Below, piece by piece: positions 59,163 to 64,000 of a stretch of 64,000 nt of DNA. The translations under genes and the position numbers were made by a program. The notes under the pieces were generated by a model. It saw only the letters and a list, made by a program, of their open reading frames with translations, did no database searches and was not told the origin of the DNA. The stretch is taken from positions 32,001-96,000 of the forward strand of contig CAXXTF010000002.1 of NCBI GenBank assembly GCA_963665775.2. Reading direction: 5' to 3'. This DNA comes from Dehalococcoidia bacterium (lineage in GTDB: Bacteria; Chloroflexota; Dehalococcoidia; SM23-28-2; RBG-16-64-32). Each line of letters begins with the position of its first letter. Positions within the stretch are counted from its first letter, which is position 1.

Positions 59163-60158
59163 TCAAAGGGCCTGCCCTTCCATGGCACTATCTACACGGA
59201 TCTGGGACGCAATGCACTCATGGCTCCTGAGCAGGCGGTCCACTGTTGCGACACGCCGGCAAGCCAAGACCAACTTCACCGAGTGGTCATCATAGCCGTG
59301 CTTGCGCAGCCAGACCACAAACGCAGCCGTTAGCTGACTCAAGGTCAGCCCGGGCCACCCAGCACTCTCGCACATACACTTGATACGGTTCCGGATTGCC
59401 CCCTTGGAGAGATGCTCGCCTTCCTTGCGACCGGGAAGCACGTAATTATCGCGCTGCAAACCGGACGTCAGGGCCAAGCTGAGCAGGGGCCTTGCACCCA
59501 TTGGGACAATCAGGCAGGTGGTGCGGCGTCCTCTCCGATGCACAGTGACTTCACAGAAGGTCGAGGCGCTGTCATCCCGCCAGGTAACATCCGACCATCG
59601 CAGTTCGCAAATTTCATCCAACTCAAGGCCGCTGAAGCAGGCCAGCCCTGCGATGGTGCCGTCAAGCGGCGAGCGAGAAACTGCAAGTCGGAGTATGGCT
59701 TCGAGAGCGTCAGGGTCTGGCGTTGGACTGCGAGGACGAATGCGTTCTCTCGATCCCGGTAGCGACAGGCCGCTATCGTGCCAACCGCTACCCTTCCTCT
59801 TGGGCAACGAGGATTGAAAGGCGGTGATCCAACCTCGCCCCTCACCGTCACCCAGCTGGAGCATGGCGAGCCTTTGTAAGGCCCTGGATCGTGTGAGCAC
59901 CGTAGAGTGTCCGCTGGAGCGGCCTGCAAGTTCGATTAGCTCGGCGGCGCTGTCGGGTCGGTCGAACAAGTCTGCAAGCGCCATCCCGAGATGTGTCTTG
60001 GCGTCCTTTGCCAAGGAACGGAGCTGCGAGACCTCGGCCGCAATCGTCGAAGCCGCCTTGCCACTCTCCAGTCGCGCTTCTTTGAACCGGCCAATCAGCG
60101 CCTTCGTCTCAGGAGAAAGTGAGAAGCTTCCGAATAGGTCTAGCGCTCTCTGGGTCAT
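59163..60158 (-). CDS. Degenerate tyrosine recombinase-like protein (catalytic residues lost)
   Basis: SGLELDEICELRWSDV (Arg replaced by Glu), LTLSQLTAAF in place of HxLR, ATVDRL in place of TTxxY. Confidence 0.72.
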   Translation of the reverse strand: MTQRALDLFGSFSLSPETKALIGRFKEARLESGKAASTIAAEVSQLRSLAKDAKTHLGMALADLFDRPDSAAELIELAGRSSGHSTVLTRSRALQRLAMLQLGDGEGRGWITAFQSSLPKRKGSGWHDSGLSLPGSRERIRPRSPTPDPDALEAILRLAVSRSPLDGTIAGLACFSGLELDEICELRWSDVTWRDDSASTFCEVTVHRRGRRTTCLIVPMGARPLLSLALTSGLQRDNYVLPGRKEGEHLSKGAIRNRIKCMCESAGWPGLTLSQLTAAFVVWLRKHGYDDHSVKLVLACRRVATVDRLLRSHECIASQIRVDSAMEGQAL

Positions 60159-61465
60159 GGCCCCGTGCCTACCGCGTCAAGTACTGGAGAATCGGTCTCC
60201 ACCGGGAGCGCTTGTCCGGGACGGGATGGTAGTCTTGCCACAGACTGCCTTAGGCGAGTGAGTGAAGGCTGGACGTAGTGGTCGTCCATCCGCCGTGTTG
60301 AGGTCCAGTTGCCGGCGGTGGCTACTGTCGCTCTCGGCACCACCGCAGTGCTGATGGTGGCAAAGGCCCGACGGAAGGCATGTGACGTATAAACGGGGAC
60401 GCCGACGCTGATACACGCCTGCTTCAATTCACTAGTCCAAGCCTGATAGGTCAGCGGCTGGCCGAGGTCGTTTCGCCAGAAGCGCCCGAGTACGCCGAAC
60501 CCGATACGGTCAGGTAACCCAGACGCTTTGGCCCAGGTGTTGAACTGCTCAACGTAGCGGGCCAGCGGCTCAGTGAGATCGTCAGGTGCGGCGAGTTCAT
60601 AGGGCTCGCGCTTGCTCTTGGCCCTGAGGAGACAACGGATGCGTCCATCCCTCAATCTGTGCGCGCTCGCGCCATCGAGCGTGAGCAGGCCGCCGATACG
60701 CAAGCCCCGGCGCGTCATCAGGCTGAAGATGATCTTGTTGCGGGAGCCGCGCCAGTCAGGCTTGCCGGCGAGTTCGTCCTGAATTGCCGCGATTTCTTCG
60801 AGGGAAGGCGCCGGGCCACCCCGTCCGCGTGTCGCCCCGACAGGCAGGCGATAACCCGTGCCCACGGGTTCGGCGACCGAGCGAAGGGCGCGTACCAGCG
60901 CATCTCCAGCATCTGCTATACCTTCGCGTCTGAGCTCTGGTTCCATAAGCTCGGTGAACGAGCGGAGGACGCTGCGGCGTTGAGCCACTAGCCAGGCCGA
61001 GACCTCACGGCTCCTATCAGCGGTGGTTGCTGTTGCGAGGAGACGACCAAGAAGCTGTTCGTCTCTCAGGAGTTCGAGGATGCCCACGCTGCGGCCTGCT
61101 AGGTTGCCTGCAAGGCCCAGCATGTTGCGGAGGACCCAGCGATACTGCCGTCTAGTCCTCCCCGTCCATCGGGCTGCAATTCGTTTGTCGTAGAGGGTCA
61201 CAAGGGCCTCTGCCTCCCGATGTGACTTTGGCGGCAGCGGTCGCCTTCGCCTGACAATCGCTGTGTCCTCGCCTAAGCCAGGCAGACCACGCTGTACAGG
61301 GCGACTGTCGATCTTCGGAGTCTGGGTTTCCTGCCGGACTGTCGATCTTTGCTTAGTAGTGGTAGTAGTTGATGCCGGAGTACCCAGGGCATTCGAGATT
61401 GGAGAGGCTGGGCGGTTCATGAGAACAGGCGATTGCTCTCGGGCAAGGAGTGCAAGGCTCGTCAT
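60155..61465 (-). CDS. Tyrosine recombinase/integrase
   Basis: RNKIIFSLM..RGLRIGGLL, AKSK, YTSHAFRRAFAT, AGNW, MDDHY give an R-K-H-R-W-Y set. Confidence 0.85.
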   Translation of the reverse strand: MTSLALLAREQSPVLMNRPASPISNALGTPASTTTTTKQRSTVRQETQTPKIDSRPVQRGLPGLGEDTAIVRRRRPLPPKSHREAEALVTLYDKRIAARWTGRTRRQYRWVLRNMLGLAGNLAGRSVGILELLRDEQLLGRLLATATTADRSREVSAWLVAQRRSVLRSFTELMEPELRREGIADAGDALVRALRSVAEPVGTGYRLPVGATRGRGGPAPSLEEIAAIQDELAGKPDWRGSRNKIIFSLMTRRGLRIGGLLTLDGASAHRLRDGRIRCLLRAKSKREPYELAAPDDLTEPLARYVEQFNTWAKASGLPDRIGFGVLGRFWRNDLGQPLTYQAWTSELKQACISVGVPVYTSHAFRRAFATISTAVVPRATVATAGNWTSTRRMDDHYVQPSLTRLRQSVARLPSRPGQALPVETDSPVLDAVGTGP

Positions 61466-61656
61466 TGTGACGACTCCCTGTCACCGTTTCGCTCAGGAAG
61501 ACCGACCTCGGTGAGTATCCGGCGCCACAGCTCTGACCACGCCGAGCTGGTGGTGGCAGTCGTTGTCCACTCAGCGTGGATCTCCAGCTCGGCGGCGGAG
61601 TGGCGCGAGGGCTGCTTCTGCGATGGCGTGAGCTCCGGTTTCGGTTTGCGAGTCAT
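61462..61656 (-). CDS. Small hypothetical protein, first gene of the recombinase operon
   Basis: Stop overlaps the next ATG; AWSELWRRIL amphipathic helix. Confidence 0.55.
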   Translation of the reverse strand: MTRKPKPELTPSQKQPSRHSAAELEIHAEWTTTATTSSAWSELWRRILTEVGLPERNGDRESSQ

Positions 61657-61698
61657 CCTGCCTTGAGGCTAGAACTCGCTTTACGGCACTCGTCCGGC

Positions 61699-61728
61699 GC
61701 CGAACGTTCTTCAAACGCATTTCAAACG
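61699..61728. promoter_or_regulatory. 11-bp-periodic direct repeats, candidate winged-helix binding site
   Basis: TTCAAACG at 61710-61717 and 61721-61728; AACG core also at 61703-61706. Confidence 0.5.
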
Positions 61729-61744
61729 GTTTTCGTCCGCACAC

Positions 61745-63457
61745 TCAGGGCAGGTCCAGGGTGTAGACGCCTCGGGCTCCGGCTTCGACGATTAGCCTTT
61801 TCCAGAGGGGCGACTTGCCGAACATGTCACTCATACTGCGCGAAAGGCTCTCTGTCCGGTCTCTGATCACGCCCCAACTCATGGGTGGGTCGCGTCTCTC
61901 CCATGCCTCATTCAGCAATCGCATGACCGGCCGTTGCACTGGGGTCAATGCATAAGACTTGCCTCGGAAGACGATCGACTCGTAATTTTCTCCGTGAACG
62001 AGCCCCTTTCGTCTGCCGCGATCGATCTCGAGTTCCTTCTCCGCACCGGCGCAGAGGCTAACCAAGCAAGTGGCAGGCAACAGCCCCCTGGCCAGCTCAT
62101 CGGCGTGGCCTGCAATTTGGGAAGCCATCACGCTGATTACCCCTTTTGCGTGACGCTGATGCATGCGGACAAGCTCCAACCCGTCTTCTGCCACCGTCTT
62201 ACTGGATGGATCGAGACATTCGTCGAGCTGTGGATACTCATTGATCATCTGGTCTTCGGTCAGGTCGTACATTCGCAGCGCATGGCGAAAGTACGAGGTC
62301 GCCATAGTCCGTGGTTCGCCATCCAGCAATGGTTGGGTGAAGATGTCGACTTCGTAAGCTTCCGCCGGGTCGTATTCTTCGATGCCAGCCTCCATCGTCC
62401 CAAACCTGCGGTCTATGCACTGCGAGCATGTCCCGCAGTGGGGCTGCATCCTTGCCCGGCCTCTTGGGTGAGCGCATGAATGCGTAAGCGAGACGAGGTC
62501 AAGCGCAGCGAGGGGCTTCAGCAAGTCGAATGTCTCGGGTCTCGTCTGGTTCCACAGCGGATTCCAGACGCTAACGTCCGCTTCTGCCACCAGACCGGCG
62601 AGTCGCCGAAAGAGGAGGAGAAACTTGGGATGCGTTGACCGGCTCGCGCGCGCCCCGATGGCCTGGTCTGTGAAAGGCAGGTTCACGCTGACGATCCCAT
62701 TGTCGGCCAGGCGAATATCATCAATGCCCAACGCAATCCCGACCGCTGTTCCCAGGCTCGCATAGAGCATTGACCGGGTCCGTTGAGTATTCTCCTTTGC
62801 ATCGGCGCCCTTGAGGCTGACGACAGCGTCAGCAGTGCGAAAACCCTGCCGGGCGAAGCGCCGTCTGACTTCCGTCAGCAAATCGCGGCGGTGGCCAATA
62901 GCAGCTTTGGATGCGCGATGACTTACTAGGAACGGATTTCTGTCCTGCTGGTGAGCTGACAGCGCAGCGCACAAACTGTCAGCGCCGCCAGAGAACAGTA
63001 CGACGCATCCAGGCTGTCCGTGAAGCCCCGCGTCTGTCTCCACGAGTCTCATCTGAACAGTGCCGGATTCCACTAGCTTCTCGAAGCGGAAGTCCCAGCC
63101 GTCTTCCGTCAAGAAGTTGAGCGTCTCCCGCAGAGCTAGGCTAACGTCGCTGGCATTCCAGAAGTCTGGGTCGCTGACCGGGATAGCCATCAGCATCTGT
63201 CGGCGCCAGTCTTTTAGGTACACGTCGGCTTCGCCGCCCCTTGACGCCGACTCGTCAGCGAGGAAGCAGTAACTGGCGATGCGAACGAGATCGCGCATCC
63301 TCGGTGAGAGGTTGCCGAGGACGGGGCCGGGTAGCTCAAGCCGGAAGTCCGTTACTGTTTTCCCTTCGTTGTGGGCATCAAGGGAATGGCGATGTGGGAC
63401 CCTCGACCACTCCGACGGAATGCTCAGACCCTCACAGGCAAAGACGTGCCCCTTCAC
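61745..63457 (-). CDS. QueC-like (QatC-type) PP-loop enzyme with C-terminal winged-helix-like extension
   Basis: VLFSGGADS, ENTQRTRS, SRSTHP, NPL, SCAHP...HCGTCSQCIDRR Zn site; 570 aa versus about 230 for housekeeping QueC. Confidence 0.88.
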   Translation of the reverse strand: MKGHVFACEGLSIPSEWSRVPHRHSLDAHNEGKTVTDFRLELPGPVLGNLSPRMRDLVRIASYCFLADESASRGGEADVYLKDWRRQMLMAIPVSDPDFWNASDVSLALRETLNFLTEDGWDFRFEKLVESGTVQMRLVETDAGLHGQPGCVVLFSGGADSLCAALSAHQQDRNPFLVSHRASKAAIGHRRDLLTEVRRRFARQGFRTADAVVSLKGADAKENTQRTRSMLYASLGTAVGIALGIDDIRLADNGIVSVNLPFTDQAIGARASRSTHPKFLLLFRRLAGLVAEADVSVWNPLWNQTRPETFDLLKPLAALDLVSLTHSCAHPRGRARMQPHCGTCSQCIDRRFGTMEAGIEEYDPAEAYEVDIFTQPLLDGEPRTMATSYFRHALRMYDLTEDQMINEYPQLDECLDPSSKTVAEDGLELVRMHQRHAKGVISVMASQIAGHADELARGLLPATCLVSLCAGAEKELEIDRGRRKGLVHGENYESIVFRGKSYALTPVQRPVMRLLNEAWERRDPPMSWGVIRDRTESLSRSMSDMFGKSPLWKRLIVEAGARGVYTLDLP

Positions 63458-63460
63458 GCC

Positions 63461-64000
63461 TCAGCCTCTTTTCAACTCGCTGCGCATCTTGCGAAGGGCG
63501 TACGCTACGAACGCCCGCGTGTCCCCCTCGGTAATTGCGCCTTGTGACTCCCACTGGTGCTTCGAGTACCAGCCCCCCGCGAAGTCGCGAAGAATGAAGG
63601 CTGTTTCTCGTGCGTGCCGGTCTATGGCTTCAATGGCTTCGCGGCTATCTCCGACGGTGCGAAGGCCGGGAGAAGCGCCGACGAGGTTCGGAATCTCCTT
63701 ATCGACGTAAGAGCAAAGCGTTCGTGCTAGAAAGTCGCCGAAGAACCGCTGCGCCAACTGGGCGAAGTGTTCACGTGTGCTGTATGTGCGAAAGGCCGCC
63801 CGGAGGTCGCTCAGGGCGGTTCCAAACAGGCTGGGTCCCTGCTGCCCCACCGTCTCCGTCAACGCTCGCCGAAGAGCCAGTGAGGCCATCTCGGCCGTTG
63901 CGCCGGACTTCGGGTCTTGCATCGCCTGCGTTCGCACACGGTCCGTTACAGCCGCGATGAAGCCCAGCGTGGGCGTGTCGGCTTCAAGAGTGAGGCCCAG
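63461..64000 (-). CDS. QueC-associated partner protein (QatB-position), 5'-truncated by the window edge
   Basis: Frame open from 64000 to the stop at 63461, 3 bp before the QueC-like start; helical with GPSLFG, RFFGDF and FAGGWYSKH segments. Confidence 0.75.
   Translation of the reverse strand: MGLTLEADTPTLGFIAAVTDRVRTQAMQDPKSGATAEMASLALRRALTETVGQQGPSLFGTALSDLRAAFRTYSTREHFAQLAQRFFGDFLARTLCSYVDKEIPNLVGASPGLRTVGDSREAIEAIDRHARETAFILRDFAGGWYSKHQWESQGAITEGDTRAFVAYALRKMRSELKRG

Larger units (their letters stand above)
57405..64000 (-). mobile_element. Genomic island apparently integrated at the 3' end of dnaN; continues beyond the window
   Basis: Abrupt switch to minus-strand genes; serine recombinase overlaps the dnaN stop; two tyrosine recombinase-like genes; defence-type cargo. 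Confidence 0.85.

Noticed and set aside
61745-63457. Housekeeping queC for queuosine synthesis
   Set aside because: More than twice the normal length, QatC-type motifs, island location, and no queD/E/F adjacent in the window.

Overview
High-GC bacterial chromosome segment, most consistent with Chloroflexota/Dehalococcoidia (archease-rtcB pair, UPF0182, F420-dependent PPOX, AhbC, and a DnaN ending MPMFVQW; this is inference, no search was run). Core or metabolic genes include a PfkB kinase (truncated by the window edge), archease-RtcB, UPF0182, MFS/ABC components, a cytoplasmic molybdopterin oxidoreductase, a SigK/RskA-DUF4331-TPR-Ni/Co transporter locus, a tetrapyrrole operon (ahbC, sirC, hemC, cobA-hemD, hemB, hemL) and dnaN. 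Mobile DNA comprises one IS1380, two inverted IS3 copies with the same three nonsense codons flanking an interrupted Ser/Thr kinase, a GxxExxY cassette bounded by inverted repeats, and many gene scars. The best candidate for an undescribed system is the island beginning at the dnaN 3' end (57405 to the window end). It carries a large serine recombinase overlapping dnaN, an RHH protein, an intact plus an apparently dead tyrosine recombinase, and a QatC/QueC-like enzyme with an extra C-terminal winged-helix-like domain plus an upstream partner. 11-bp-periodic repeats lie directly between this enzyme and the recombinase genes. No rRNA, tRNA or CRISPR array was seen.
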